Both the position numbers and the translations under genes were made by a program. This document shows positions 1 through 15,544 of a DNA stretch of 64,000 nt, one piece after another. Below the pieces are notes generated by a model. The model searched no databases, had not been told where the DNA came from, and saw nothing but the letters and a program-made list of their open reading frames with translations. Source of the DNA: the human T2T-CHM13v2.0 reference genome, Homo sapiens; NCBI RefSeq assembly GCF_009914755.1, contig NC_060941.1; one strand, given 5' to 3'. The first letter of the stretch is position 1. Each line of letters begins with the position of its first letter.

Positions 1-145
1 GCCCTCCCCCAGCTTCCCATTGTCACCTTACTTTAATTCCCATTCAAGCAGAGAAGAAAACGGTTCCATTTCTAAAGAATGGGTTGGAGTTCTCTTTCAA
101 GGAGGCCTTCTTTTCAGAGATTTCTGATATTGACCATTCCTACAG

Positions 146-269
146 ATGGACCTGGCCAGCCTGTGTCTGAAAGCTGGAGTGAAGAATCTCAACACAGTGT
201 TTCTCATGACTGATGCCCAAGTGGCTGATGAGAGGTTCCTTGTGCTCATCAATGATCTTTTGGCATCTG
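146..269 (+). CDS. DNAH9: DNAH9 internal coding exon (AAA4 region, MDLASLCLK...LLASG)
   Basis: Acceptor cctacag|ATG and donor TCTG|gtaaga; 124 nt, phase 0 to 1. Dynein AAA4 motif [25 protein letters not shown] joins the next exon as SG-EIPDL. Confidence 0.95.
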
Positions 270-911
270 GTAAGAGATTCCTTGCACTTGGTGTCACTGA
301 TAAATTCCCCCTGGAATCAGAGTTATACAAAGGTGAAGATTTCGTCCAGGGTGGGAAGAGTAAGGTCATAGTAATGAGGAAGAAAACTGACACAGCCAAG
401 GACTGGTTCATTGAGGTCCTTCTCAGCATTGATGCTGGGCCTGCTATCCTGGCTCTTTCATTCTTATTTCATTGCAAAACAGACAGTAATCGTGGAGCTC
501 TCTTAGTGGGACTAGACCTGATGATGGGAAGAAGAGAGGGTTAAGAGCTTGGTGATGTGCTGTGGAGAGAAGGTGCTGTTCCCTCTCTGTATCCAAATCA
601 AAGAGAAACTAGAATGTGTGTAGTACTTGAGGAAGCTCAGGCATTGGCAGGAAGATACACAAAAAGAGAGCATGAGCATGCACGCATAAAACTTACACAG
701 TAGGGCAAGATGAGGTTACCAATGTAATTAACTAGTGATTTACAACCTCATGAGAGCAAAGTGGAAGTTCCACATAGTTTTCCTTGGTCCCCAAAAAACT
801 TGACAGAGAGTGTGAAGTGGCCTGTGACGCTGTCTGTGCAAGATAGGACTTCAATGGAAAGCTCAATGCTTGCTATTGCTATTTTATTGTCCTTCTTTAT
901 TTAGGAATTCA

Positions 912-1238
<327 letters not shown>

Positions 1239-1594
1239 TTATAAAACGAGATAAAGAGGCAGGGAGAAGAGATCAGTATGCTGGATCCCATCCTCTGACC
1301 TATTCTCTTGATGTAAGTTGGGTCTGTCTCCCCAGCTCTCTTATCCAGGGCAGTGGCAGCTCTACCGTAATTACTTTACAAACTCTCATGCCCCCAACCA
1401 GAGATATGGAGGCCATAGGTAACTGATAGTGGAACCTGGTGGTCACATCCCTGCTGTTGACCCAGCATTCAGCTGACTCTTCCTCCTTTCAGTCTCATCA
1501 CTCCAACCTCAGCTGTCCATCACCCCAGAGTGGGTATGACCTGGTTTATCTGTCTTACCCATCATTGCTTTTTATATTTCCTACCTCGTCTCTA

Positions 1595-2023
<429 letters not shown>

Positions 2024-5000
2024 TTATATAAATATGTGCATGTTTATATTAAAGAAAGAATACGCTTTCTTGGCTCTTAAACCAAATGCAGCATCTACAA
2101 AACCACCTCTTCATCTCAATTGAGAAAACAGTCAGTGTACAAATGTTCCTGAACAAAATTTCTGCCTCCAGACTTCCAGCATCTCAAAAGCCTTCTCTCT
2201 CTCCACACTCCATTCCCTGGCTCTGATTAAATAATGTTTAGTTTATAAGGTCCAAGGACCATGGTCACAAGTACCTTTCTCCATAGTCTATCTAGTATAT
2301 ATAGATATAGTAGTATATAGTCTATCTACTATATATTGTAAGTAATATATTTTAGGATAGTTCCTGACAACCTCCAGGAAGTTCCTGGCTTTGGAATCAT
2401 TGTCTGCTTCATATTTTGTGGCATTGCACCCCATGCCATCATGCTGTCATTTTCATGAAGAGCCACTGGTCCCTGGTCCAGAGCATGTACTAGCAGGCAT
2501 TGTGAGCAACCTTTGGCTTCTTTCAGGTGAGATCGATGTCCCAGGTTTCCTCACTGTGCTGGCTGCTAGCGTTGCACTGATACCACCCTCATTCCCTTCC
2601 CTCCCTGCCCTGTTCAAGTTAGCTTTATATCAGAGAGTTTGCCTACCAACTCTTACACCTTTTCTCCTCCAATGCCACAATTTTTTCCTTTCTTAAATGC
2701 AATCTCTTTAACATCTCATCACCTTCTGCAATAGTGTTTAATCTACAACATAGCCTCATCTTTTATTATTTTACTAAATAATGAGAGAAGGATCCAACTT
2801 CCCTCCTACCCCAAAGCTACCCTAAAGCCTAATTTCAAAATCAGTCTGAGAGAATACAGCTTTAGAGATGTCGGGCGTGTTGCCAGCCTCACACCATTGT
2901 ATTTCAATTGGCTCTAATCCAGCCAGGTCACCTTTTCCTAAAATAACATCTGAGACACAGAGTTGTCACATTTTTACCAATTGAAATTTTATTCCTCAAT
3001 TAAGTATTGATAATTTTTCATTTAGAACACAACTTTTTTTCAAGTGCAAACGAATTTCTAAAGCCCTCCCAGTGAAAATGCAATCAGCCGGTTCCAAAGT
3101 CATGGAGTTTTAGGCCCCATTTTAAGGCTTCTATATATTCTTTAAGGAAAAAAAAAAAGGTAAAATTTGTGTATACATATTCAAGTGGAGATACAGTTAA
3201 GATGAACACTTTTGTCTTCTAACCCACCCCCTTTTTTTCTTAACCATTTCAACAGGGAGAATTAGAGTATATCTTGGTTCTAATTTTCCCTATCAAATAA
3301 GTAATTTCTGGCCAGAAAGTAACCGACTGCCAGTTCAGCCAAAGCTGCGGGGATGACGCAGAACCTCATTATCTCCCAACTTTTTCAACTTTGTGGGGTT
3401 ATGCAATGACTCCACCCTTGGATAACATAGTAGGGACTAGGAAACCATAACTTAGACAACCTTGCAATTCACTCATCCCTCTGTAGTTATGTACAAGTCC
3501 TACGAGGTTGGATATAAAGGTATAGTGAATGCAGTTCTCTCCCAAAAACATCTCCCTTGGAAAACCAATGATCTCATGCCCTGGGCGGAGTTTCCTCTCA
3601 CACTTCTTTATCTCACCATTTCATTTCTTGTTTTCCTGACACCATTTCTAAAATCAAACCATGATAGTAATTTGGCTTATGAATCTACTTCTGACACGAA
3701 CTACAGCATTTCAGAACCCATCTTTATGCCAGTTGTATCTCAGATGGATTATAGATGGACATGAAGAAATCTTACACACAAAGCAAAAATATTAAATTAG
3801 GTTCCTGGTTTAATTAGCAAAAGATACATAACTGTATAAGAACTAGAGTGGCTGCCCAGGGTAAGAGCAGATGAACCACATATTTGAGTCACTTCCCTTG
3901 GCTGCTGGGGTCCTTGATAGGGGTCATGCAACTGCTGGTGAAACTGTGCATGAAATGTGAGTCCTTGCTGGATCTGAAAGGTTCATTACTGGCTATGTTC
4001 TTATTGACCTGCTATAATAATTCCTGAGGAATGTGCACTGATCATCAAACCCAGGCATTTAAGGAATTCTTACAAAACTTGTTCTCTTTTTGACCTTCAC
4101 TTAAACTCAACTTCAGCAAGTCCCCACTCTAATTTAGAGGGAAAAGAAATCAGAATTAATCCCTGGCTTTCCAGGAAAACACCTCTTCCTCCAGCTTTCC
4201 AGCCTTCCAGAAGGCCCATTTTACTCTGGTGCCCCTGCCAGTTAGCACTAACCAGCTAAGAAAACCTAGTCAGCTCCAAGTGTGATGTTTCTTCCACCCC
4301 TAGCTATGACAGATTTTGTATTTTATTTTATTTTGGAATCCTATGTTAGGATTTTCCTTTTGCTTTCCAAAAGGCTGAATTGTTTTATTCAAAATTATAA
4401 TTCATTTTCCTGTCCCAGGCTAGATGACTTTCTATGTATTCATATATTCAATAATCATTTACTAAGTGTGCATGCTCAGTCACTAGGTACTGTGCTCAAA
4501 GATGAATAACATGTAACCTCTGTGCAGTCTCATGGAAGAGTTTATAACCAATGGGGTCCCTCTCTTCTAAAGTCATATTCTTCTTTATCTCTAAACCAAA
4601 CTGTTCTTTTTATATATCTGTGGGCCAAATCTCCTCTTAGGATCTAGAACATAAAAAGATCCACCTCATATCCTAGGTGCTTTAGGATTAGAGCTAGGGT
4701 TGACATGTTAGTGTTCAACACACATCCTATGAGAATGCAGAGCCCGGAAGTGTTTATAACAGACTTGGCATTGGATTGTTCTCCTCTGGTGGCCGTCTGG
4801 AACTGGACTTCCTGAGGAGCCATCTATGCTGTTAAATAAATTGAATTCTGGCCCAGTTTCCCTAGAAAGAAAAAAAAACAACAATAAAGTTGGGGCAAAA
4901 AAGCAACCATCAAGCATGCACTGATCCTCTAAGACATACTCAGTGGACTCATTAGATCTGCTCACTGGCTGTGCCCTCAAACCACAGACAGTGGAACTTT

Positions 5001-5418
5001 AAACCAGGACCGGTTTGGTTCTCCAGCTGCAAAACAGAAACTCCCAAAGAGCAATGCAAAAAGAAGCATGAGCAATCAGACTTTTCTTTTCCTTTTGTGG
5101 TAATAAACTGTTTTTTTTTTTTCTTGTGGAACTGAAGTCCTATACAAGTTACTCAAGAGACTTTGTGTTCTGTGGATTCCCTATATTGCTAACCTCTCCC
5201 TTACCACCTATGTCCAAGAGATAATCTATTGCCACCAATTTTCCCCTTATCTATTTCTGAATCCGTATCTTCTCTATCCTCACTACCACTGGTTTTGCCT
5301 TCTTTTGCCTTGACAAACGCCAACACTCCTTAACTTATCTCTCTACTTCCCATGCTATCCCCACTCCAATCCATTCTCCTCACTCCTTGCAAAAGGGTCT
5401 ATCTCAACTATAATTCCT

Positions 5419-5735
5419 GGCCAGGAGCAGTGGCTTACACCTGTAATCCCAGCACTTTGGGAGGCCAAGATGGGCGGGTCACTTGAGCCCCAGAGTTCAA
5501 GGCCAACCTGGGCAACATGGCAAAACCTTATCTCTATGAAAAGTACAAAGAGTATCGGGGCTTGATGGAGCGCACCTCAGGTCCCAGCAACTCGGGAGGC
5601 TAAGGTGGGAAGATCGCTTGTGCCCAGGAGCTTGAGGCTGCAATGAGTTGTGATTGTGCCATTGCAATCCAGCCTGGCTGACAGAGCAAGACCATGTCTC
5701 CAAAAAAAGAAAAAAGAAAACAAACAAACAAAAAC
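5419..5735 (+). mobile_element. AluJ
   Basis: Diverged dimer with J-type cttgagccc...gaggctgca. Confidence 0.88.
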
Positions 5736-6765
5736 ACTGTAATTTTTTTATTAGTTCCCAACTGGTTGCAGAATGAACTCCAAGCTTCTTTGTCCTGTTT
5801 CCTTCCTTCCTTGCTAGTCTCACTTCCCATCTTGTGATCTAGTGATTCCTAATTCCTTAAGGTAACACACTGTGCTACTTGCTGACATCCTTAATTGCTT
5901 ATGCTGTTCCTTTTGAACCTCATGCCCTTCTTTGTCTGGATTAACTTCTACCCACAGTAGAAGACTTACCTTAGGCGTTCCCTCTCTAGAAAATCTAGAG
6001 ACAGATCCACTGTCACTCTTAGGAATGAGTTCCCCATATTCCTACAGCACTCGATAGCTGCACGTACCACCACTGTATTGAAACGAGATTGTAAATTTAT
6101 GAAAGGGAGAGACCATTGTGTTTGCTGTTGATTAATTTACGTTATTGAACAATCCAGAAATACAAAAAAAAGAAGGATTAAATGGCTACTTCTCAGTTTA
6201 GGAAATACAGCAACACTGATATATACCTATTACTCTGTGCAGAGTCTTGTTTTTCATCGTTTATACAGTCAGCTCTTAATACATCTCCCAGCCCATAATT
6301 GACATTTAGGAGGTACTTCTTTAAGTAAAGTAAGTAACAGCATGAGAATGATGTGCCATTAAATACTACTGTTGGACGTGTGCTTTGGAAAGTTTTCCAG
6401 CAGTGAAGACAAAGGGACAGAGTACTGAAATAGCCACCACACTCACTTGCGTTTTCTCCTTTAAGAATAGGGAAATTTTTTTTTAAACTATCAGGTCTAG
6501 ATAGGGTCAAAGTCCTCACACCAGTGTGAAGTTTAGAATCTAGCCCTTAGCTTCACCCTTTTTATCACCAAAGTCCAACTAACTAAACCACGTTAAATTA
6601 TCAGGATCTCTTTCCTGAAAAGCAGCTGTGGCCTTTAAGGAGTCCCATACTAACATACAGAAGATGGCAGAAGATGGTGAATAGTCTGGCTTCCAAACTA
6701 TTAGAATATTTCAATACTATTTCTAACTCCAAGTACTGCATGAAGCCTGAAAGTACTTGGAGTTA

Positions 6766-7002
<237 letters not shown>

Positions 7003-7349
7003 TTAGGTCTCAGGAGGAAACTTCTCAAATATTTAAATAGCCTCTGCCCCTGTTCACATCACAAAATCCCCTCTGGCAGTTCAGTTTCCTGCTTCCAGCA
7101 TGACTACCTACATCACAAAACAAGTGACGAGAATATTGTCAAGAAGGAATTATAGGAACAAATATGAAAATGCAAATTTTGTTCCCTATTCGGAGGTGTT
7201 TATCTCCAGATATTCCATCCGATGGTCTTCTTCTTAAAGGTTCTAGGGATCTTGGATATTGTGACAAATACCACCATCATTTGAGCACGGAAAATGTCTC
7301 TAAGTGGCCCAGGTGCTTTCAACGTCTTGGAATTAAGAGTATTAATAAA

Positions 7350-7565
7350 CCAGGGTCATCAAGTTTTTTCTATAAAGTGTCAGGAAGTAAACATTTTAGG
7401 CTTTGCATATCATACAGTCTCTGTCACAAATACTCAGCTCTGTCCTTGTAGGGCAAAAATAGCCATAGATAATACCTAATGATCATGGCTATGGTCAATT
7501 AAATCTTATTTATGAACAATAAAATTTGAACTTCACATAATTTCCACATTCCATTAAATATTATT
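7350..7565. mobile_element. MER58 hAT-Charlie DNA transposon fragment
   Basis: gtaaacattttaggctttgc...actcagctctgtccttgtag...gccatagataata. Confidence 0.75.
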
Positions 7566-8060
7566 ATTTAAACTTTCAACACATGCTAAATATTTTATTT
7601 TCTTAGCGGTTTTCCTTCACTCCTATTTTTATCAGAAGAGGCTGAAATGAGTCATTCTATTAGTAAGATCTTGATTTTGACAAATTATAGTACAGGAATT
7701 TTATATGCATGTCATTAACTATCTCAAAGAATAGAAATTAAATAAGTTGGTACAATTAAGAGAAAACAGTAAATGATCACTTTCATGATAATTCATTTTT
7801 TTATTTCAACCTTTTAAATGATAAAAGCTAATTAGTATGAAACTCTTAGTAGACTCCTAATTGGTTTAGTGCTATCAAACCATGAAGTCCGTAATTTGCT
7901 GGAAAGTTGGCATGAGTTTCCTCCAGATACAGTAGTTCCAGAAAGTGCAGCAGCTTCAATGACTGATACAATCACAATTACTCACACTCTGATTATTACT
8001 GATCATTTGCCAGACCACTCACTTTGAGGACCTCACCAAAGTCCATAAGAAAGTGGGATG

Positions 8061-8496
<436 letters not shown>

Positions 8497-8790
8497 TCAT
8501 GTTGGTGGAAAACAACTTTAAAGAAGAGCTTGTATATGATTCCAGTCCCAGATAACTTCAACAGCTACCTAAAGACTTGTTCTAGAAATGGGAAAATTTT
8601 GTTTTTCTGATACCCATTGCTTTTCTGGAGTGAACCACATTCACCTTTACATCATATCCATTGTTTTCAACTTTTTAGCTATAGTGTTTCGTTCATTCTT
8701 ACCTCCCTCAGTCTCATCTTTTTCATTGAGAAAACTGATGTCATTTAGTTTGGGCCTCACAGCTACTTTATACATCACAGTCTGTCTCCA

Positions 8791-8797
8791 TTATTAC

Positions 8798-8828
<31 letters not shown>
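8791..8828. repeat. (TAT)n microsatellite
   Basis: Direct reading. Confidence 0.95.
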
Positions 8829-9300
8829 TGCAGTTTTCTCTTTTCCTCCATTATTACCATTCCTCCTTTCCAAGGTCAACTTTTCGTCTGAGCTAGGAGC
8901 CCGCCCCTACTTCCTAATTCAGAATTTTATTCTATTCCATCTTTTCTTTCAATTTCTGACTCTCCCTCTTCTCTGATTTCAAACATAGCCCATTATCTCC
9001 ATCCTGAACGTTTTTTAATTAACTTTCTTTGACTTGAAGTGACAGCCAAGCAATAATCCTAGAACCTTCCCCAGACAAAATTCTCAAAAGAATACAATTT
9101 ATTTCCTTGCGAAACAATTTGGACAATTGTTTTTATATAGTGATCTAATTATATATTTAGAAATATTGAGTTCATGGAGGGATGATGAGGTATCACCGCT
9201 TTCCCAAAAATGCAGTTTCAATAAGAAATCAAATGGGTTTCTTTCTTAATTCTGACAAATATTTTAGGATATATTTTTTATCAATATTGAATTATCTTAA

Positions 9301-9560
<260 letters not shown>

Positions 9561-9579
9561 CCTGCCTCCTGATTTTTAA

Positions 9580-10910
9580 TATCAATTTCCTAAAATTTTT
9601 ATGGAAAAGCAAAGAATGAAAAATGGCAATGTTGAGAAAGAACCAGAAAGAGTGATTTGTTCCACTGGAAATCAAGTCTCCTTATGAAGCTATCTTAGTT
9701 AAAACAATGTGAAATTGACACAATTTGGACATGACTAAAAGCAATAAAACAAACAACTTGTGAATATTCTCTTAGATTTTCTATGTAGAAAATTAGGTTT
9801 TGAACAATAATAGTTTTATTACATCCTTAACCTTAAACATTTTATTTTATTTTTTCTTAATTTTTTGCACAGTTTGGGGCCTCCTATATAATGATAACAA
9901 GAAAACACAATAGCAATCATTTTTTGTCATATTCTTGATTTGAAAGAGAATATTTTAGTATTTTACTACTAGGTATGTTTGCTGTGGGTTTGGGGGTGAT
10001 ATCTATTATTAAAGAGAAATCTCATTTATTCCTAGTTTGCTAACAGTCTTTAGAAACCTTATGCATCCATTTCAATGTCATATTGTTTTACTTCGTTAAT
10101 CAATTAATGTACTAAATTATTTTCATAGTTTTTTTTCTAGTGTTTATCCTTGCATTTCCGGGACAGGGTTTACACTTGGTCATCATATACTAATTTATAC
10201 ATATTTAGTTGGGATTTTTTAAATTGTTATTCATCAGGGAGATTGAGCATTTAATTTTACTTTCACATATTGTCTCATTAATACAGTGTTTTCATTTAAC
10301 TTTCAGATTTTTGCCAATCTGATAAAAAAAAAATAAGGTGTAGTTTTAATATACATTTTCATTAAGAGTAAGATTGACTGTCCTTGTTCGTTAACCTCAT
10401 TTCTACAAACAAAAAGTAACTAGAGCATAGTTTTGATATACATTTCTGTTCTTATGAGTGAGGTGAAGCATCTATTAATATATTCAACAGAAATTTTTAT
10501 TTCCTTCACCATGAACTTTCTTTTCCTCTCCTTCACCCCATCTATCTATTGAATTATTGATTTTTTTCTTTATTTGTAGAGAATTTCTTTACATACTAAG
10601 ATTAACCACTTTACTATAATCTGAGTTAACATATTTTCTTAGTTTGTTCTTTGTATTTTGCTATCATTGCTATACTTTGCCTGTGATATTTTCATCATGA
10701 AATATTTTTATTTTTATGCAGTCAAATTTGTCAATTTTATGCATTCATGAAATTTATTTTTCTTTTAACACAGGTTGATTCAGATAGAGTTAGAAAATCC
10801 TTCCCCACTCAGAGATTATTTCCCCCATTTTTTCTCTTATTTCCCTGCATTTTTTATAGTTAAATCATTGATTCAGTTGGCATTTACTTTAGTGTGCTGT
10901 ATAAGATCAA
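9580..10910. mobile_element. Degenerate ancient L1M fragments
   Basis: AT-rich ORF2-like stretches (e.g. gtatgtttgctgtgggttt...cctagtttgctaa). Boundaries approximate. Confidence 0.5.
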
Positions 10911-10915
10911 GATCT

Positions 10916-11220
<305 letters not shown>

Positions 11221-11832
11221 TCAACATCTAACCATAATTTTTTCAGATCCCAGTTTTCCTAATGCAGTACCATATATTGAAGTTAATCTTTTCCCGGTTG
11301 ATTTAAGGCGTCCTGCTTATCATGTACTAAATTCCATGAAGCCATTCTGCTTTCTCCCCTTTTTCTCTCATAAACAGTGATAGCTTGCTCTTTTTAAATA
11401 TATGGACCTATCTGTATGTTTGTTATGGCCCTTTTTGCCGGGGGTCTTTTAGGTATTTTGGATCCTATTAGCCATGTTTCCTGCTAAATATTAAACTCCT
11501 GGAGGGCACAAAACAAAAAGGGCAAAAAATACAGTAGATAGGAAACAAATGCTTTGAGCAAAAGAAAAAAAGACTGTTGAAGGCTCTTGTGTTACCAACT
11601 GTCTACCCCAGGACAAGAGGGTACCCTACACTCTGTTCCAATCATTAACATACTCGTTCTTCTGCCCTGGGTTTGGAGTAGACATGGTGTCTGTCCAGCT
11701 TCACCAGCAAGAGAGTTGGTACATGGCCTAAAAACCACTGACCTGTGTCCTAAGGTAGGATAACTTCCCATGTCTGATTGCATCATTTAACGAGATGCCA
11801 AGGCTGCCTATCTGTGCTCCATTTTTTCCCAG

Positions 11833-11975
11833 GGGAGATCCCAGATCTCTACTCTGATGATGAAGTTGAAAACATCATAAGCAATGTGAGGAATGAAGTC
11901 AAGAGCCAGGGTCTGGTTGACAACAGAGAGAACTGTTGGAAGTTCTTTATAGATCGGATCCGGCGACAGCTGAAG
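11833..11975 (+). CDS. DNAH9: DNAH9 coding exon (AAA4, [10 protein letters not shown]...RRQLK)
   Basis: ttttttcccag|GG and AAG|gtaaag; 143 nt, phase 1 to 0, which restores the frame from the previous exon. Confidence 0.96.
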
Positions 11976-12350
11976 GTAAAGAGCATTTACTGACAGGGGC
12001 AGGCAGAGACCCGAGATGATTCATGGGAGCTTCCACTGATATTTCGGGCACAACTGTCCTTATTGATTGTCTAGAGTAGGTGGTGAGTGTGCGGCACCCT
12101 TCTCAGCCTGAGCACAGTTGCCAGGACACCCTTCTCATCTGCTTTAAGGGCAGCAGCATCCCTTGTGGATCACGCAGTCCCAGCGTTTTTGATCTCTTGG
12201 CTGGTGAGGCTGGCTAGCATTTACAGATATTATCTCTGTTGGATGTGCTTCCCAATCTTCTGGGAGCTAGAGAACCCAAGGCCATATCTGCCTCTCCGTG
12301 AGTATTTCTCTGATGCCTTCCTGGTTCTCCCCACCCTTCTGACTTCTCAG

Positions 12351-12512
12351 GTGACTCTCTGTTTCTCCCCTGTGGGAAACAAGCTAAGAGTCCGCAGCAG
12401 GAAGTTCCCAGCCATTGTGAACTGCACAGCCATCCACTGGTTCCACGAGTGGCCTCAGCAAGCATTGGAGTCTGTCAGCCTCCGCTTCTTGCAGAACACA
12501 GAGGGCATTGAG
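12351..12512 (+). CDS. DNAH9: DNAH9 coding exon (AAA4, VTLCFSPVG...TEGIE)
   Basis: cttctcag|GTG and GAG|gtgaga; 162 nt, phase 0-0. Conserved dynein motif [25 protein letters not shown]. Confidence 0.96.
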
Positions 12513-12713
12513 GTGAGAGAGAAAAGGAGACACTCCTAAAAGTCCTTCCCAGATGAGGGTACAATGAATTCCCTGTCCAGGATGTTAGGGTTAAAGATCA
12601 AGCTTGAAGCATAAGTTTCCACATGGTGGAGGAATGGCTGGGGTGAGGGGTGAGCAGTTGCCTCCAATCTTCAACACAAGATAATCTTTTCATTTCTTGC
12701 TCTTTGGTTTTAG

Positions 12714-12947
12714 CCCACAGTAAAGCAGTCGATTAGCAAATTCATGGCCTTTGTCCACACAAGTGTCAACCAAACATCCCAGTCTTATCTGAGCAATGAA
12801 CAGCGCTACAACTATACAACTCCCAAGTCCTTTCTGGAGTTCATCAGACTCTACCAGAGCTTGTTGCACAGGCACAGAAAAGAGCTCAAGTGCAAGACAG
12901 AGCGGTTGGAGAACGGGCTGCTGAAGCTGCATAGCACCTCTGCCCAG
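12714..12947 (+). CDS. DNAH9: DNAH9 coding exon (AAA4 lid and start of stalk CC1, PTVKQS...STSAQ)
   Basis: ttggttttag|CCC and CAG|gtgagc; 234 nt, phase 0-0. Motifs YTTPKSFLE and RLENGLLKL. Confidence 0.96.
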
Positions 12948-13562
12948 GTGAGCAATGTCCCGCTCCTTCCACCTGCAGGGGACTTGGAGGGAGCTGAAGC
13001 AGCCCTTTCCAGTGAACTGGAGGGATCACAATCAAGATCTGAAAAATATGTACGGTTTTCCAGAGACTCCCATGTCATCAGTATCTATTATGTTCTCGTG
13101 TGTTGCTTTCATCCCTTTGGCTTTTTTTCTCTACATTGTAGGAGAGCTTTTCAAGTTTATCCTTGTCCATAGTAACAGTATCCTCACCATCAGAAACAGT
13201 ACCAAAAGTTCAGGCTGAGTTCCCCAGCAGAAGTGCATATGCCCCGCTCAGGTCTGATCCATCCGCTCTCATTGATGCTGGAATCCCCTGAAGCACCTCT
13301 TCCCTCTTCCTCTTTGCAATTTCTTCGTTTTCCTCTCCAATTCACTTCCCTTCCATCCTCAAAACCAAAAGAAATGAATGGTGAAAGGAAATGGGGAATG
13401 GCTGCAGGGTTATACTATTTTTGTTTGTTTTGTCTTACTCTGTTATTTGTCAAAGAGCCATTGGAACCTCAATTTTTCAAAAAGCCCTGTCTCATTTCAT
13501 GCATCTCTAAGTAGTCATCTATCTCTATCTGAGTAGTTGGCCATGGAAAGAAGGCCCCTGTC

Positions 13563-13875
13563 GGCCGGGCACGGTGGCTCACGCCTGTAATCCCAGCACT
13601 GTGGGAGGTCGAGGCTGGTGGATCACGAGGTCAGGAGATCGAGACCATCCTGGCCAACATGGTGAAACTCCATCTCTACTAAAAATACAAAAATTAGCTG
13701 GGCATGGTGGCGGGTGCCTGTAGTCCCAGCCACTCAGGAGGCTGAGGCAGGAAAATCACTTGAACCCAGGTGGCGGAGATTGCAGTGAGCCGAGATTGCA
13801 CCACTGCCGTCCAGCCTGGGTGATAGAGTGAGACTCCATCTCAAAAAAAAAAAAAGAAAGAAAAAAAGAAAGAAA
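13563..13875 (+). mobile_element. AluSc-like
   Basis: Full dimer; imperfect TSD gaaagaa..cccctgtc. Confidence 0.93.
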
Positions 13876-14777
13876 GAAATCCCCTGTCATCCTGTCCTTG
13901 TTATGTTTTTCTGTTTACTTCTCCAAATGGAACAGGTTTATTTCAGTCAATTTGCTCATCTTCCCTTGGGAGTTGGGGCCAACTCTTGCAGCTGCTTCGC
14001 CTCTGCTCACGCCCATCAAATACTGCCTCTTTGATGACCCCTTTCTATTTTCTCTTCTCCAGCAGCAGAGCCAGCCTCTCATTAAGGTGGCGAAATTTCA
14101 TGAATTTGCACAATTAAACTAAAATTGTGATCCACCTAATTCTTGGACATCATGTGTTCCTGTAGTTATCTGAGCCTTTCATTTTGCCTTTGGAATTGTT
14201 CTATTGAACTTTCTCCTTTTGACTTGTCCTTTTGCCCCTCTTCAATTTCTTGATTCAGAAGTATTAAATGTACCTAAAGGATTTAAGTTCATTTAGTGGG
14301 ATGCAGTGAGCCCTCGCAATCTGTACACATAGATTTTCTTCTGCTCAGGAAGTGGTCCTTCTGTGATATGATTTCACTCGTCAGATCTGGTCTCTCCTCT
14401 GGGAGCAATAGTCAGTTGGATGGGGTCCCTGTGCCCCATATCTGTTATGTTCTCATGTGTTGCTTTCATCCTGTTGGCTTTTTTCTCTAAATTGTAGGAG
14501 AGCTTTTCAAGTTTACCCTCACCAATACTAATTTAATAGTGTGTAATATTGCTTCTTCTTCTTAGGCTTGCAATAAAGACTTTAATTATGCCATTGAATT
14601 TTTAATTTCCTAACAACCCTTTCGCATTTTATCCTTTTCTTTTTTCGGTGCATCCTATTACTATTTTATTTTGGCCTGTTTTTCTGCTACAGTTTCACAG
14701 AAACTGTCCTACTGATAATGCCAAACAGGTTCCTCCATGTTTTTTCTAGGTCTGGTAATGGATCGTTTTCAGTACTG

Positions 14778-14852
14778 TCTTCTCCTTCTCCTTCTCCTTC
14801 TCCTCCTCCTTCTCCTCTTCCTCCTCCTCCTCCTCCCCCTCCTTCTTCTTTT
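14778..14852. repeat. (CTC/CTT)n polypyrimidine microsatellite
   Basis: Direct reading. Confidence 0.9.
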
Positions 14853-15544
14853 TCCATGCTATTCCATTCTTTGCTCTGTGGTTTTATATAGACCTTTTTT
14901 TTTCTTTATTTACCTTCAGGAAACATGAGATCACTTCAAACTCAACGTTTGCCAACAAATGGCATGTGCAAATTATCTGTGATACCCCTGTCTTTCCCTT
15001 TGTATGATGACGAAAACCTCTTCTTAGGATTCCAGTTCAGGGCATCGTAAGCTACACAGATCCCAGTCTAGGTCCTAGGAGTTTACCTTTGCTATAGAAA
15101 GGTAACATCTTTTCTCCTGATCACTTTCTGTTTGTTTCAATCTCTGAATCTGTAGCAAACAGCATAGAATACAATCTCAGAATGCAGTACTACCAGATTT
15201 TTAAAAACATCTTCCACCTCCCCATTGTGCTTCCTCTCCTCACCGCCTACCATGCCCTCACAACATTTTCCACCAGCCCTGTTCTCCCTCCTATCTATTT
15301 ATCCTCTGGGAATTGCTGGCCCATCTGTTTGAAGAATGGTTGCCAGGAAGTAAGGGATAGGAAAAATACTTTGATCCTCTCATGGAGCAGAACCCAGTAT
15401 TCTATTTTGTACAGAGCCTGGGTCTTTGAGCAGAGACTGAAGAAAGCACAGTTTCTGTGTTACTGTTGTAGGTGATCTCTATTTAACAAGGAGATGCCTG
15501 GCTATACCATTAGGTGACTGCAGCTCTAGCTGCACATAGTGGAG

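Noticed and set aside
270-544. ORF 146..544 continuing 91 codons past the exon
   Set aside because: Dynein similarity stops at the gtaaga donor; the remainder is intron read-through. The same holds for the extensions of ORFs at 12087, 12744, 24327, 44000 and 59043.
2283-2350. Short repeated atagtctatcta motif
   Set aside because: AT-rich low-complexity decay with no evidence of function.
13535-13550. Possible RFX X-box (gttggccatggaaag)
   Set aside because: Spacing and right half-site deviate from consensus; not distinguishable from chance.
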